NCBI GenBank assembly: GCA_963816705.1
Contig: CAWFLZ010000010.1
Location: 153,157 to 217,156, forward strand
DNA: 64,000 bases
Source of the DNA: an uncultured Acidobacteriaceae bacterium
GTDB taxonomy: Bacteria; Acidobacteriota; Terriglobia; Terriglobales; Acidobacteriaceae
Direction of reading: 5' to 3'
Under the pieces are notes generated by a model. The model ran no database searches. It saw nothing but the letters and a program-made list of their open reading frames with translations, and was not told the origin of the DNA. The stretch's first letter is position 1. Every line of letters starts with the position of its first letter. Positions 10,079-20,241 of this stretch are shown piece after piece. Position numbers and translations under genes: made by a program.

Positions 10079-10810
10079 CTACCGCGACTGTTCGTCTTTG
10101 TGCCGCAGCCACTCGATGAACATCTGCTCCTTCGGTTTGTCGTAGGCCATGAGCAGGTGGCGGATGCTGCGTCCGCTGACGAAGTGGCAGACTTCTTCGG
10201 CCAGGTTCTTGGCGTGGTCGCCGGCGCGCTCGAGCGATTGCGTCATGAAGATGATTTGCAGGCTGGCGCGGCGTTCGAGGTTTTCGGGATTTTCGATGTG
10301 GCGCAGAAAGATCAGGTTGCGCAAGCGATCCATCTCGGCGTCGGCGCGCAGCACTTCGATGGCTTTCTTGACGTCTCGCTGGGAAAAAGAATGGCCCACG
10401 TCGGCCAGCATTTTTTCCAGAATGGTCGCCATGTGAGTCAGGTCGCGCGCATCCTGCGGATCGATCTGCGCCCCGGCGGCCTGAGCGCTGGTGGCAAAAC
10501 TCAGCAGCAAGTCACCGATGCGCTCGAGGCCGATCATGAGCTTCATGCAGGCCAGCAAGTGGCCGGTTTCCTCCGGCGGAGCTCGGGTGATGATCCGGGT
10601 CACATCGGAGTCGACTTCGAGGTCGATGGCGTCGAGATCTTTTTCGCACTGCCGGATGGCATTCAGGCGTGACATGGAGCCGGTGGCAATTCCCTCGGCG
10701 GCGATGGCGGCGGCTTGGCGCGCCAGTTCACACGCTTCCACGGTGCGCTTGACAAGGTCAGCGCAGTCCGGTTCGGAAGGCGTTTTCATGCTGGCTGTGC
10801 TCATAGGCAA
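10079..10810 (-). CDS. phoU: Phosphate-specific transport system accessory protein PhoU
   Basis: 243 aa, two PhoU repeats (ERIGD, ERAGDHAKN). Confidence 0.9.
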   Translation of the reverse strand: MPMSTASMKTPSEPDCADLVKRTVEACELARQAAAIAAEGIATGSMSRLNAIRQCEKDLDAIDLEVDSDVTRIITRAPPEETGHLLACMKLMIGLERIGDLLLSFATSAQAAGAQIDPQDARDLTHMATILEKMLADVGHSFSQRDVKKAIEVLRADAEMDRLRNLIFLRHIENPENLERRASLQIIFMTQSLERAGDHAKNLAEEVCHFVSGRSIRHLLMAYDKPKEQMFIEWLRHKDEQSR

Positions 10811-11101
10811 AACCGCCCACCCATTAGATGCCAGACTTTCCCGGAGGACGCCCGGTTTCCATTTCTCGGGTTCTTAATTCAAAGTGTGACACACACACCC
10901 ACGAAAGCATAATCCCCGTTGCCGCGAGGCAAGTTAAGAGACGGTGAATTTCAGGTCGTCGAATCGGCAATTACACCCGCAGGTGACCGGCAGGCGATCG
11001 TCAGCGACTGAACTCGGCGCGTTTTTCCCTGTTGCAAAACCCTCGAAATGATCGGGTCTCAACTATATCGCTCATCGGGCTCCGCGGTTCAGTGCCGGGC
11101 A

Positions 11102-12980
11102 CTACGCCGCATCCCCCTGCGAAGCAGGCAGGACGAACAGGAACGTCGAGCCGTGATTCAGTTCGCTTTCCGCGCGGATGGTCCCGCCGTGCGCGAACAT
11201 GATGTGCTTGGCAATGGCGAGGCCAAGTCCCGTGCCTCCCGATTCGCGGGAGCGCGCCTTGTCGACGCGGTAGAACCGTTCGAAGAGCCGCGGCACGTGC
11301 TCGGACGAGATGCCGGGACCGAAATCGCGGACGTAGAACTCGACGGCGCCAGCGCTCGAACTGGAATCCGAAGACTCCTTTACAGCCGCTGGGCTCGGTG
11401 CGGTTTCAACCGCGGTGACACTGGATGTGCCCCCGCCCGCCGCTGCGCTCGCTGCCCCCGCGGTTGCCGCAACTGAACCAGAAGCCAACGGCACGCCGGG
11501 TGACGGCCGCGCTCCGAGAATGATTTTCTTTCCCGACGCCGCATACTTCAGAGCGTTCTCAATCAGGTTGGAAAATACCTGGTGGATCGCTTCCCGATCG
11601 GCGTTTACGTTCGCGTCCGCTGCCGCGTTTTCGACGACGAGCTCCACTCCGTAGGAGCGGGCGACTTCGCGAAAACTTTCGAGCGCATCCTGAAGCAGTT
11701 CCTCCGTGCTGACTCTCTGAATATCAAATCTCTGTTCGCCCGATTCGACGCGCGCGAGCGTTAGCAGATCCTCAGTCAGCCGCGCCATGCGGGCGGCATT
11801 CTTGCGGATGATCTCCAGAAAATCGCGCACGTGATTGTCGCTGACCCCACTGTCGAGCAGCGTCTCGGTATATCCCTGAATGGAAGTCAGAGGAGTGCGC
11901 AGTTCGTGGGAAACGTTGGCGATGAAATCGCGGCGCGTTTTTTCCATGCGCTCGGTTTCGGTAAGGTCGCGCAGCACGGCGACCACGCCGCCTCCGGGCA
12001 TGGGCGCGGCTGTCACGTCGAAGGTGCGTCCGGCAGTGATGGTAATCGCGCGCGCCGAGGTCACGACCTGATCGCGCGCCGCTTCCTGAACGGCAGCCAG
12101 GAAATCCGGGTCGCGGACGCTATCGATCAGCGGCGCATCGAGACGAGGATAGCGGCGCAGCAGACGCGCCATGCCCCGGTTAGCCCATTGCACGCGTCCA
12201 TCCGCGCCCACCGCGAGCACCGCGTCCTGCATGCTGTTGAGGAGCGTTTCCAGTTCGTGCTGGCTGGTTTGCAGGCGGGCGAAGCTCTCTTCCACGCGGC
12301 GCGCCGTTTTGTCGAGTGCGGCCGCAACTTGCCCGATCTCATCGCTGGAAGTCGCTGCGATTCGGGCGGTCAGGTCGCCGGCCGCGATGCGCTCGGCAAA
12401 ATTTACGATGCGCTTCAGCCGCCGTCCGCAGACGTTGAGAAGTGACTGCCGCAATTACGACCGCGAACGGCGAACGCTATCAGCGATCCCCATAACAACG
12501 CCTTTGCCAGCGGGCGATCGGTGGTTTCAATTTCGGGCAGCGGATAGGCCAGCCGCACCGCGCCTCCGGAAACCGGCGCGGCCACATACAAGAAAGCGAC
12601 ACCCAGTTGTGGCTCTTGCGTTCATCCACTCCCACCGAGCCGCCGAGCGCGGCCGCGAACTCTTTGCGATGTGCTTGATTTTCCATCGTGCTGGCATCGG
12701 CTTCAGAGTCGGCCAGCACCTTGCCCGGTCGGATCGATGACGGTGGCCCGGGCTCCCGCTGCCTGACCCTCCTGCGAAGTGATGTCGGCCAGCGAATGCT
12801 GGCGGTCGGCCTCGACGCGATAGGCAAACATCAGCGTCTTCTGCTTTGAGGTTGCGCTCGATCTGCTCGTGCAGAGTGTGCTGCCAGACGTTGCGCACAG
12901 TCCATTGAAGAGTGATGGCGGTGACGCGCAATCACGACCAGGAACACAACCATCAACTTGAAGAAGATGCGAGGTCTCAA
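11102..12980 (-). pseudogene. phoR: PhoR-like sensor histidine kinase (TM-sensor-TM-HAMP-PAS-HisKA-HATPase); the N-terminal sensor region is broken by five or more 1-bp indels
   Basis: 11102..12454 is an intact HAMP-PAS-HisKA (SHELRTPL)-HATPase ORF. Upstream at 12455..12980 there are TM1 (MVVFLVVIA), a PhoR-type periplasmic fold (VIDPTGKVLADSEADASTMENQAHRKEFAAALGG..VGVDERKS...VAFLYVAAPVSGGAVRLAYPL) and TM2 (LLWGSLIAFAV), spread over three frames (ORFs 12480..12827 and 12527..12931). Confidence 0.85.
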
Positions 12981-13679
12981 CGCGGAACCTCGAAGCGGTA
13001 GCCGGCTCCGCGGACCGTCTTCAGGTAGCGCGGATTCTCGGGATCGGGCTCGATTTTTTCGCGAATACGCCGCACATAGACGTCGACCGACCGTGGAGTG
13101 ACATAGGCCGTATCGCGCCAGACGGAATCAAGCAATTGGTCGCGCGTAAAAACGCGACCGGCGTGGCGCATGAAGTAATCAAGCAGCCGGAATTCGGTGG
13201 CAGTAGTCGGCACCTGCTTGCCCCGAACGGTCAAGGTCATGGCCGAAGGATCGATGTGAACGTCTTCGATCTTTGTAGGCAAAAGTGGCAACGGCCGCTC
13301 GAATCGACGCATGACCGCTTTCACGCGGGCCACAAGTTCGCGCGGACTAAACGGCTTGGGGATGTAGTCATCCGCGCCCAGTTCGAGCCCCAGGATGCGA
13401 TCGGCCTCGCCGCCCTTTGGCCGTCAGGAAAATTACGGGAACAGACGCGAGCGCGATCGACTGGCGGATCTGGCGGCAGAGCTCAAGCCCATCTTTTCCA
13501 GGCACCATGATGTCGAGCAGAAAGAGCGCAGGGCGCTGCCGCTCGGCATCGGACACGACCAGGTTCCCGGTCGAATAGAGCCGCACATTAAAGCCGGCGC
13601 CTTCCAGGTGATGGCGCACCAGGCGCGAAATATCCGGATCGTCTTCCACGACGAAGAGTGTTGGTTTCACGGGCACCAT
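12977..13679 (-). pseudogene. phoB: OmpR/PhoB-family response regulator, receiver and winged-helix domains separated by a 1-bp insertion
   Basis: The receiver domain ORF is 13368..13679 (FVVEDDPDISRL...LDIMVPGKDG...IFLTAKG) and the trans_reg_C ORF is 12977..13333. An extra G near 13414 (aaaggGcggcgag) breaks ...[26 protein letters not shown].... Confidence 0.85.
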
Positions 13680-13748
13680 TGTAGCCGGGAAATGTAACAG
13701 TTTCGTAACAAGCCAGCCGGGGCAGCTCCCGGAACTTGTTCTTGGTAC

Positions 13749-13846
13749 ACCACAGAGTCACAGAGACACAGAGAAAAACCAAATAACTGCGAGACCAGTC
13801 CTCATTGGGGTTCTAAGGATTCAGGTTTTTCTCTGTGACTCTGTGG
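13749..13846. repeat. Inverted pair of CACAGAG-repeat elements between hspR and phoB
   Basis: Left arm ccacagagtcacagagacacagagaaaaacc has CACAGAG x3 at 8-bp spacing. Right arm ggtttttctctgtgactctgtgg. A loop of about 45 nt could form a long hairpin. Confidence 0.5.
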
Positions 13847-13859
13847 TAAAAGAACGAGA

Positions 13860-14273
13860 TTAGGACGACTTTGAAGACTCTCTCCTGCGCGAAGCGTCCA
13901 GCGTCGGAACCGGCCGTCGCAGCGGGACAATGGCGCCCTTCGAGGGATCAGCCGCAGCCGTGGCCCGCGCCAGCACCTCCCGCTGAATGTACTGCACAAA
14001 ATCCTGGATCTGGAACTGCATTTCCTCCATGCGCTCGCGCATCTGGAGAATAATAGCGATGCCACTGATGTTCACTCCCAGATCGCGCGCCAGCGAAAGA
14101 ATAAATTCCAGCCGCTGCAAATCTTCGTCCGTGTAGAGCCGCGTATTGCCTTCAGTGCGGCTCGGTTTGAGCAGCCCCTCGCGCTCATATAGCCGCAGCG
14201 TCTGCGGATGAATCTCATACATCTCGGCCACCGCCGAGATCATGTACGCGCCTTTGGATTTACGTTTGGTCAT
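13860..14273 (-). CDS. hspR: MerR-family heat-shock repressor HspR-like
   Basis: 137 aa. YMISAVAEMYEIHPQTLRLYEREGLLKPSRTEGNTRLYTDEDLQRLEFIL is highly characteristic of HspR. Confidence 0.75.
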   Translation of the reverse strand: MTKRKSKGAYMISAVAEMYEIHPQTLRLYEREGLLKPSRTEGNTRLYTDEDLQRLEFILSLARDLGVNISGIAIILQMRERMEEMQFQIQDFVQYIQREVLARATAAADPSKGAIVPLRRPVPTLDASRRRESSKSS

Positions 14274-14322
14274 CTCCGAGAAACATCATCGCATCGCGCG
14301 AATAAAAAAGGCTAGTTTTCTT

Positions 14323-14730
14323 TTAAACGGAACTCATTCCTGGGAACCTGTATAGTTCCAGCCCCGCGAGGCGCGCGATTCTGGAAAAATCCCGGTCGAG
14401 GGTGAAAACGCTCGCGCCATGTTCGAGCGCGATCGCTGCAATCAGCGTGTCGATGGTAGCCAGCGTTACGCCCTTGCCCCGCGCAAGTCTGTAGAGGTCC
14501 GCCGCTCTGCGGTACGTATCAAATCCCCCGGGCTCCAGCATGTCCCACTGTTCCAGAAACCGTTCGATTGGTGCCGAGTCTCGCGTCAAGCCTTGTAAGA
14601 TTTCGGCGACCACGATCCCCGTGAGGGCGAAGGGCTCGCTGTCTTCGATCATTCTGCGGAGTTCGTCTCCGGCGCGGCTGGGAGAAGAACTGAAGAAGTC
14701 GACCCACACCGAGCTATCCACCAGGATCAC
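14323..14730 (-). CDS. vapC: PIN-domain ribonuclease toxin VapC
   Basis: 135 aa. MILVDSSVWVDFF... has PIN acidic residues (D5, E, D, D) and a 4-nt overlap with the upstream antitoxin. Confidence 0.85.
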   Translation of the reverse strand: MILVDSSVWVDFFSSSPSRAGDELRRMIEDSEPFALTGIVVAEILQGLTRDSAPIERFLEQWDMLEPGGFDTYRRAADLYRLARGKGVTLATIDTLIAAIALEHGASVFTLDRDFSRIARLAGLELYRFPGMSSV

Positions 14731-14945
14731 ACCCGATTTCTCCGCGACCGCTTCAGATCCCCCTGCCAGATCCCGCTCCCGTAGTAACGGAGAATGCCCT
14801 TACGGCTCTCGGAACGAACCAGCAGATCGAGCGCCCTGTCTACAATTTGGCGTTTTGTCTTGAGGCGCGTGAGCTTGCGCGCTTTCCGGATCAAGCCATC
14901 GTCAATTTCGATATTCGTCCTGCTCACGAAGATACTATACACCAT
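14727..14945 (-). CDS. vapB: VapB-family antitoxin
   Basis: 72 aa. RTNIEIDDGLIRKARKLTRLKTKRQIVDRALDLL is the typical VapB N-terminus. The start codon is embedded in a 7-bp inverted repeat. Confidence 0.75.
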   Translation of the reverse strand: MVYSIFVSRTNIEIDDGLIRKARKLTRLKTKRQIVDRALDLLVRSESRKGILRYYGSGIWQGDLKRSRRNRV

Positions 14946-14962
14946 TTCCTAAGAATATGGTG
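14938..14962. promoter_or_regulatory. Inverted repeat acaccat-N11-atggtgt overlapping the vapB start codon (candidate autoregulatory operator)
   Basis: Perfect 7-bp arms read directly from the sequence. Its position over the ATG of a TA operon is typical of antitoxin operators. Confidence 0.3.
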
Positions 14963-15030
14963 TATGCCGCGGGTCGGGGCTTTCCGCCGGGACCGGAGCA
15001 GGTCCGTCGCTGTGATGAGCAGCGCAGAGA

Positions 15031-15078
15031 TGAAAATATAAAGAGGCGCGTGCAATCCGCGCCTCTAGATTTTTCTCC
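15031..15078. terminator. Bidirectional rho-independent terminator downstream of the permease gene
   Basis: GC hairpin gaggcgcg-tgcaatc-cgcgcctc (15043..15065) flanked by T-runs on both strands (tttatatttt on minus, tttttctcc on plus). Confidence 0.55.
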
Positions 15079-15083
15079 AAAAA

Positions 15084-15125
15084 AATCCGCGTGTATCCGC
15101 GAGATCCGCGGAAAAGAAGTTAAGC
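15084..15125. repeat. 42-bp intergenic repeat element copy 1: (ATCCGCG)x3 at about 10-bp spacing followed by GAAGTTAAGC
   Basis: aatccgcgtgtatccgcgagatccgcggaaaagaagttaagc matches 17183..17224 at 38 of 42 positions. It overlaps the permease stop codon. Confidence 0.6.
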
Positions 15126-16535
15126 GGCCAGCTCCGGTTTAGGCTCAGGCCGCGTCCAGCCCGCGGGCTTCACGAGGTGGTTGATTGCATATGCGACCAC
15201 GCCCGCGCCGATCACGATGAGTCCGAACCAGAATGCGCTCATCCCAAGGATCGCTTCGTGCTCGCCCTTCACAATCGCGAATCCAAGCAACAGTGTCGGC
15301 GGAATTCCGACGGCGATCGCCCCAAACCACCCTCCCGGGACACGAAATGGCCTCTTTAGCTCCGGTTCACGAACCCGCAGCACGATCAGCGCCGCGAACT
15401 CCAGCGTCAGGCTGGCGCCATAAATCATGATGTCAAGTGTGACCAACCGCTCGAAGCCGATATTGAGCGCCAGTCCCCAGCCAATCGCCAGCGCGATAAT
15501 CGCCACCCATGGCGCCCGCGACTTGGGATGCAGCTTGGCAAACACCTTCGGCAGCATTCCGTCCTGCGCCATAGCCAGCGGCAGACGCGAATAGCTCATG
15601 ACCAGCGCATTGAACATGCCAAAACCGCTCATCATCCCGCCCGCCACCAGCGCAATCCGCAGCACTGGCCCGCCCATCAGTTGCGCCACATCGGCCCACG
15701 CTCCCGTCTCCCATGCTGAAGCCGGAAGGCCGGTCATCCACATCGCCGCAAACGGCAGCACGTAGGTGAGGGCAACGATGACCACCGCCCACAACATTGC
15801 CCGCGGATAAGTCCGCTGCGGACGCTCCACCTCGGTGGCAATAGTCGAAGCATTGTCCCATCCCATGTAGTTCCACATGCAGATGAGCAGCCCGCCCAGA
15901 ATGTTGACATTCGAGGTCGTAGGTTTCGTAATCGCGTTCGCCAGCGCGTGAAATTTAAACGGCGAGAGCAGAACGATCGCCGCAAACGGCGCCGACAGAG
16001 CGAAAAAAAGCCACAAAGAAGTAGTCGAAACCACCTTCACGCCCGCAATATTAAGCAGCGCGCAGACAATCACCACGCCCAGCGCCACGAATACGCCGCG
16101 ATGATTTTCCTGAAACCAGGGAAACATGCGCGTGAGATACGCGACGAACAGCGTGGGATAAATCGCCATATCGAAAATGGACGCAACCAGCGACAGCCAT
16201 GCCTCCTGAAATCCCCAGAAATTTCCCATCGCGCGGCGCACCCAGGCGTAGTAGCCGCCTTCAAAAGGCAGCGCGCTCGAAAGCTCGCCGATCATGAACG
16301 CAGTCGGCAGGCTCCACAGGAGCGGCGTGAGCAGCAGGATGAGGATGCCTTTCCCATACCCGGCGCCATGCACGATGTCCTCGGTGCCATAGGTGCCGCC
16401 CGATACCATAAAGAAGGTAGCGGCGACCAGCGGCCACAGCGTGAGGCGAATCGATTTTTTGCGGGAACCAACAGCAGGTGCGGCAGGACTAAAGCCGGGC
16501 TGTTGAATGTTGGCTGGAGCGGTTGCAGTTGCCAA
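15120..16535 (-). CDS. APC-family amino acid permease
   Basis: 471 aa with 12 predicted TM helices and APC-family motifs. TTG start with a gaggagg RBS. Confidence 0.9.
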   Translation of the reverse strand: MATATAPANIQQPGFSPAAPAVGSRKKSIRLTLWPLVAATFFMVSGGTYGTEDIVHGAGYGKGILILLLTPLLWSLPTAFMIGELSSALPFEGGYYAWVRRAMGNFWGFQEAWLSLVASIFDMAIYPTLFVAYLTRMFPWFQENHRGVFVALGVVIVCALLNIAGVKVVSTTSLWLFFALSAPFAAIVLLSPFKFHALANAITKPTTSNVNILGGLLICMWNYMGWDNASTIATEVERPQRTYPRAMLWAVVIVALTYVLPFAAMWMTGLPASAWETGAWADVAQLMGGPVLRIALVAGGMMSGFGMFNALVMSYSRLPLAMAQDGMLPKVFAKLHPKSRAPWVAIIALAIGWGLALNIGFERLVTLDIMIYGASLTLEFAALIVLRVREPELKRPFRVPGGWFGAIAVGIPPTLLLGFAIVKGEHEAILGMSAFWFGLIVIGAGVVAYAINHLVKPAGWTRPEPKPELAA

Positions 16536-16649
16536 TTCCTATGGCTTCCTCCTCAGGCGACTCACTCTCACCACCGCGTCTCCCTTGACTTTCTCTCGCG
16601 GCTCCCGGGTGACCGCGTTTCCCCAGGCATTTCGGCAAAGTTAGTTCGC

Positions 16650-16690
16650 AGTTGTGAGATTACGGGAATTTTCCACAGATGCAAGAATTT
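16650..16690 (-). promoter_or_regulatory. Putative sigma70 promoter for the permease gene (TTGCAT-16 nt-TAATCT) with an A/T-rich UP element, giving a 5' UTR of about 150 nt
   Basis: -35 at 16679..16684 and -10 at 16657..16662 (minus-strand sense), preceded by an A/T-rich stretch. Confidence 0.35.
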
Positions 16691-16804
16691 TTTTCGAAAA
16701 ATGAAAAAAATGTCGGTAAGAACGTGTACGCAGGTAACGGTAGAAATCGGTTTCAATGGCGAGGCGCCGAGAGCGGAGTAGTCCTCCGTAATCGAGAGCT
16801 CGGA

Positions 16805-17077
16805 TCATTCGGGCGACTCGCTACCTAGGCGAGATCGCCAGATCCTCCAGCAGACGATTCCGCCGAGGACGATCCCAACTAAGAAGCCCTGTTCCAACCC
16901 GACAAGAGGTAACCACGGTTGGGAATAGATCCAATGTGTATATTCAGCGAATCCCGCTACCGCCAGCCCGAGTAGGCAAGACCCCAAGGCCGTGGCGACT
17001 GCCGTACCCGCGCCGGCTGCCAATCCATAGAAGACGGCCCCGATTTTCTGCGGGAAGCTGAGCGGAGTTATGTACAT
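16805..17077 (-). CDS. Small hypothetical membrane protein (2 TM)
   Basis: 90 aa with two hydrophobic helices rich in Gly/Ala. No clear SD. Confidence 0.4.
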   Translation of the reverse strand: MYITPLSFPQKIGAVFYGLAAGAGTAVATALGSCLLGLAVAGFAEYTHWIYSQPWLPLVGLEQGFLVGIVLGGIVCWRIWRSRLGSESPE

Positions 17078-17182
17078 AGAGGAATAGTCACACCGCTACA
17101 ACGCAGGATCAAGCTTACTTTGGTCTGGAATCCCCGCGTGCCTCTTTGACCGCGGCGGTTGTCCGCTTTTGGCCTTGCCCCC

Positions 17183-17224
17183 AATCCGCGTGCATCCGCG
17201 AAATCCGCGGAGATGAAGTTAAGC
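17183..17224. repeat. 42-bp intergenic repeat element copy 2: (ATCCGCG)x3 ... GAAGTTAAGC
   Basis: aatccgcgtgcatccgcgaaatccgcggagatgaagttaagc. It lies in the divergent promoter region between the small membrane protein gene and mscS. Confidence 0.6.
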
Positions 17225-17303
17225 CCGCTCGTAGCCAGCCCCGCCCGCGCGTAGAATGTGGCCGATTGGGCAGCTCTAGCCAGTCGCAGCGAAGGAGAAA
17301 TCC

Positions 17304-18143
17304 ATGAACTTCAATTTCACCGCCATGATGCAAACCGTAACCACCGTCCTTACAGCCGTAGGTTTGAAAATTCTGGGCGCGATTGTCCTCTTTATGATTG
17401 GCCGCTGGCTGATCAGTCTCGCGCTTCGCCTGATCGATGGCGCCCTCAGAAAGCAGAAGATCGATCCCACTTTGATCCGCTATATCAACTCGGCCACGGG
17501 AGCGCTGCTGAATATCGTGCTGGTCGTCGCGATCCTCGGATTCTTCGGTATCGAGACCACCAGCTTCGCTGCACTCCTTGCTGCCGCAGGCGTTGCCATC
17601 GGAATGGCGTGGTCGGGCTTGTTGTCGAACTTTGCCGGCGGCGTTTTTCTGGTGATCCTCCAGCCCTTCAAAGTGGGGGACTTCGTGACCGCCGCCGGCG
17701 TGACCGGCACGATCGAGGAGATCGGCCTGTTCGCCACCACGCTCCATACCCCCGACAACGTCAAAACAATCGTCGGCAACGGAAAGATCTTCAGCGACAC
17801 GATCCAGAACTTCTCAGCCAACCTCTACCGCCGCGTCGAACTGACCGCGCAACTCGCCCACGGAGTCGATCCAAAGGAAGCGATCGCGCTGCTGAAGTCG
17901 GCAATCGCCAAGGTGCCGAACGTGCTCGCCGATCCCGCGCCCGATGTCGAGATCATCACGTTCAACCTTGCGGGGCCAGTGCTCGCCGTGCGCCCGTACT
18001 GCAATAACGCGCACTACTGGCAAGTCTATTTCGATACCAACCGGCTGATCCGCGACACCTTCGCCCAAGCCGGCTTCCCAGTTCCCGACCAACATTATTC
18101 AGTGCGTGGAGGAGACGAGCTCCGACTGGCAAAGACAGCGTAA
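17304..18143 (+). CDS. mscS: Small-conductance mechanosensitive channel (MscS family)
   Basis: 279 aa with three TM helices and a conserved MscS beta-domain (FKVGDFVTAAGVTGTIEEIGLFATTL). Confidence 0.9.
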   Translation: MNFNFTAMMQTVTTVLTAVGLKILGAIVLFMIGRWLISLALRLIDGALRKQKIDPTLIRYINSATGALLNIVLVVAILGFFGIETTSFAALLAAAGVAIGMAWSGLLSNFAGGVFLVILQPFKVGDFVTAAGVTGTIEEIGLFATTLHTPDNVKTIVGNGKIFSDTIQNFSANLYRRVELTAQLAHGVDPKEAIALLKSAIAKVPNVLADPAPDVEIITFNLAGPVLAVRPYCNNAHYWQVYFDTNRLIRDTFAQAGFPVPDQHYSVRGGDELRLAKTA

Positions 18144-18226
18144 CTTTCTGCGGAGCGTTAGCTTGTTATTCGCGTCAATCCGGCCGATAATCCGACCAAG
18201 AAGTTAGTAAACGAAGGCGAACCGCG

Positions 18227-18859
18227 CTAGCGCAGCCTGAGCGCTTCGATCGCAGATTGCAGTGCACGCGGAGCCGCTGGAGCTGCTCCAACTAGCAGAA
18301 AAACGTAACCGTGAGCCTCCGATACGTAGCCAAGAACTCTCGGCGTTTTCTCTCCGTGTCCAGCCGTTAGTAGGCGGAAAGCTGGCTTTCCGTCGAATTG
18401 AACGGCGGTTTGCTTCTCAAATACTTCCAGATCACTGCCCATGCTGCCCTCGAGCATGATGCCCGCAAACCACTTTAACGGATAACGATTGCGATTGAGG
18501 TATCGCTCCGACAGCTTCCAACCGGATAGATAGAGCCTGTAACTCGGATTCGACCCCGGCTTCGATTCGAGCACAGCATTTATATCGGGGGCGCCGCATA
18601 GAGGTCCCGTACAGCCCGGGTCATTAGGGGTCTCGGTAGTCATTTCCAGCAGCAGCCAGTCTCCCGGCAAGTTAATCGTCATCCCCAAGGCAGGGTTCGT
18701 GTAGTTATTGTCCTCGGAAACGGTTCCTCGCGAATCCGGACCAGGCTGTTTCTTCTGTGACCAGGAGAGGGACAGAAAAGAAAGGCAGAACACCACCACG
18801 AATATGCGTCCGCAACGATCCATAGCGGGGAATTTTACGCTTATTGCGCGACGTCGCAC
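18227..18859 (-). CDS. Secreted hypothetical protein
   Basis: 210 aa. Likely signal peptide after an internal Met (MDRCGRIFVVVFCLSFLSLSWSQ). Confidence 0.55.
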   Translation of the reverse strand: MRRRAISVKFPAMDRCGRIFVVVFCLSFLSLSWSQKKQPGPDSRGTVSEDNNYTNPALGMTINLPGDWLLLEMTTETPNDPGCTGPLCGAPDINAVLESKPGSNPSYRLYLSGWKLSERYLNRNRYPLKWFAGIMLEGSMGSDLEVFEKQTAVQFDGKPAFRLLTAGHGEKTPRVLGYVSEAHGYVFLLVGAAPAAPRALQSAIEALRLR

Positions 18860-18884
18860 AAAATTGAAGAGCGCAGAGCCCTCT

Positions 18885-20144
18885 CTACACCTTAGCCCAC
18901 AACTCCGCCCGCGGATCTTCAGGATTCAGCTTAGCCAGTTCCCGCAGCAACTCTTTAGTCTTTTCGTCGCGCGGCATGGGCACGGTAATCTGCACTTCCA
19001 CGATCTCGTCCCCGCGCACCCCTTCTTTCGTAGCCGAAGGCACGCCTTTTTCGCGCAGCCGCAGCTTCTGTCCGGACTGCGTGCCAGGAGGAATCTTCAA
19101 CGTGCTCCGCCCATCAATCGTCGGCACGTCGATCTTCGATCCGAGCGCTGCTTCGACCGCCGTCACCGGCACGGTGATGTAGATATCGTCGCCCTCGCGC
19201 CGGAACAGCGGATGCTCGCCAATCCGAATAATCACGTAGAGGTCGCCCGCCCCTCCGCCCCGCACCCCGGCATTGCCTTTGCCCGCAATGCGAATCCGCT
19301 GGCCGTCGCGCGTTCCCGGCTTGATGCGCACCTCCAGTGGATCGGTGCGTTCCACGCTGCCTTCGCCGTGGCACACCGGACAAGGCGAAACATTCTTGCC
19401 GCTTCCATGGCAGCGCGGACAGGTAACGTTGAACTTCATGCGCCCGCCCGTCTGCTCGATCGTGCCCTTGCCATGGCACTGCGGACACACGCCCGGAGCC
19501 TCAATCGTTCCATTCCCGTGACAGTTGCCGCACACCTCACGGCGAGCAATGTTGAGCTTCATCACGCCGCCGCGAATCGCGGTCCAAAAAGGAACGTTGA
19601 CCTGATATTCCAGATCGGAGCCGGCCTCGGGTCCGACTTCGTCGGCAGCGCCGCGGCCTCCGCCCGTAAAGATACTGGAGAAAATATCGCGAAATCCGCC
19701 GCTGCCACCCGAAGACGCTGACGTTGTCTTGCGTCCACCCCCGCGCGCGCCCTCGAAAAGATCCGAAAAATCGAAGCCACCGAAATCCACGTTGCCAGTT
19801 CCGCCAGGGTAACCCGCGCCCCCGCCTGCCCCACCCGAAAATCCCCCGCCGAATCCGCCCGACCCAGGCTGGCCCCCGCCACGCGCATAAGCCTCGGCGG
19901 TAGCAGGATCGATGTTGTCGGAATAGAAGCCGACCTGGTCGTAAATCTTGCGCTTCTTCGGATCGCTGAGAACGTCGTTCGCCTCGGACATGACCTTAAA
20001 TTTCTCTTCGGCCGTTTTGTCCCCAGGATTTACATCGGGATGATATTTGCGGGCAAGCTTGCGAAACGCCTTGCGGATCTCGTCGGCGGAAGCGGACTTC
20101 TTGACGCCGAGCGCAGCATAGTAATCTTTGGTTTCAGTGGCCAT
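18885..20144 (-). CDS. dnaJ: Molecular chaperone DnaJ
   Basis: 419 aa: J-domain (HPD), extended G/F-rich region, four CxxCxGxG zinc-finger repeats and a C-terminal domain. Confidence 0.95.
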   Translation of the reverse strand: MATETKDYYAALGVKKSASADEIRKAFRKLARKYHPDVNPGDKTAEEKFKVMSEANDVLSDPKKRKIYDQVGFYSDNIDPATAEAYARGGGQPGSGGFGGGFSGGAGGGAGYPGGTGNVDFGGFDFSDLFEGARGGGRKTTSASSGGSGGFRDIFSSIFTGGGRGAADEVGPEAGSDLEYQVNVPFWTAIRGGVMKLNIARREVCGNCHGNGTIEAPGVCPQCHGKGTIEQTGGRMKFNVTCPRCHGSGKNVSPCPVCHGEGSVERTDPLEVRIKPGTRDGQRIRIAGKGNAGVRGGGAGDLYVIIRIGEHPLFRREGDDIYITVPVTAVEAALGSKIDVPTIDGRSTLKIPPGTQSGQKLRLREKGVPSATKEGVRGDEIVEVQITVPMPRDEKTKELLRELAKLNPEDPRAELWAKV

Positions 20145-20150
20145 TGTTTG

Positions 20151-20178
20151 CTGTCAGCTATCAGCTATCAGCCATCAG
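20151..20178. repeat. Tandem heptamer repeat (CTGATRG)x4 immediately upstream of the dnaJ start
   Basis: ctgtcagctatcagctatcagccatcag read directly (minus-strand sense ctgatgg ctgatag ctgatag ctgacag). Confidence 0.5.
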
Positions 20179-20241
20179 TTGAACCTGCTATCGTTACGTC
20201 CCGAAACTGACATCTGATCGCTGACGGCTGAGAACTTGATT

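Noticed and set aside
12480-12931. ORFs 12480..12827 and 12527..12931 as independent genes
   Set aside because: Read together with frame 3 they reconstruct the TM-sensor-TM N-terminus of the PhoR-like kinase. They are frameshift fragments and not separate genes.
16536-16800. Possible riboswitch in the long 5' leader of the APC permease gene
   Set aside because: I could not recognise any known riboswitch consensus (glycine, lysine, SAM, TPP and others) by eye. Only a plausible promoter was retained. An Infernal scan would be needed.
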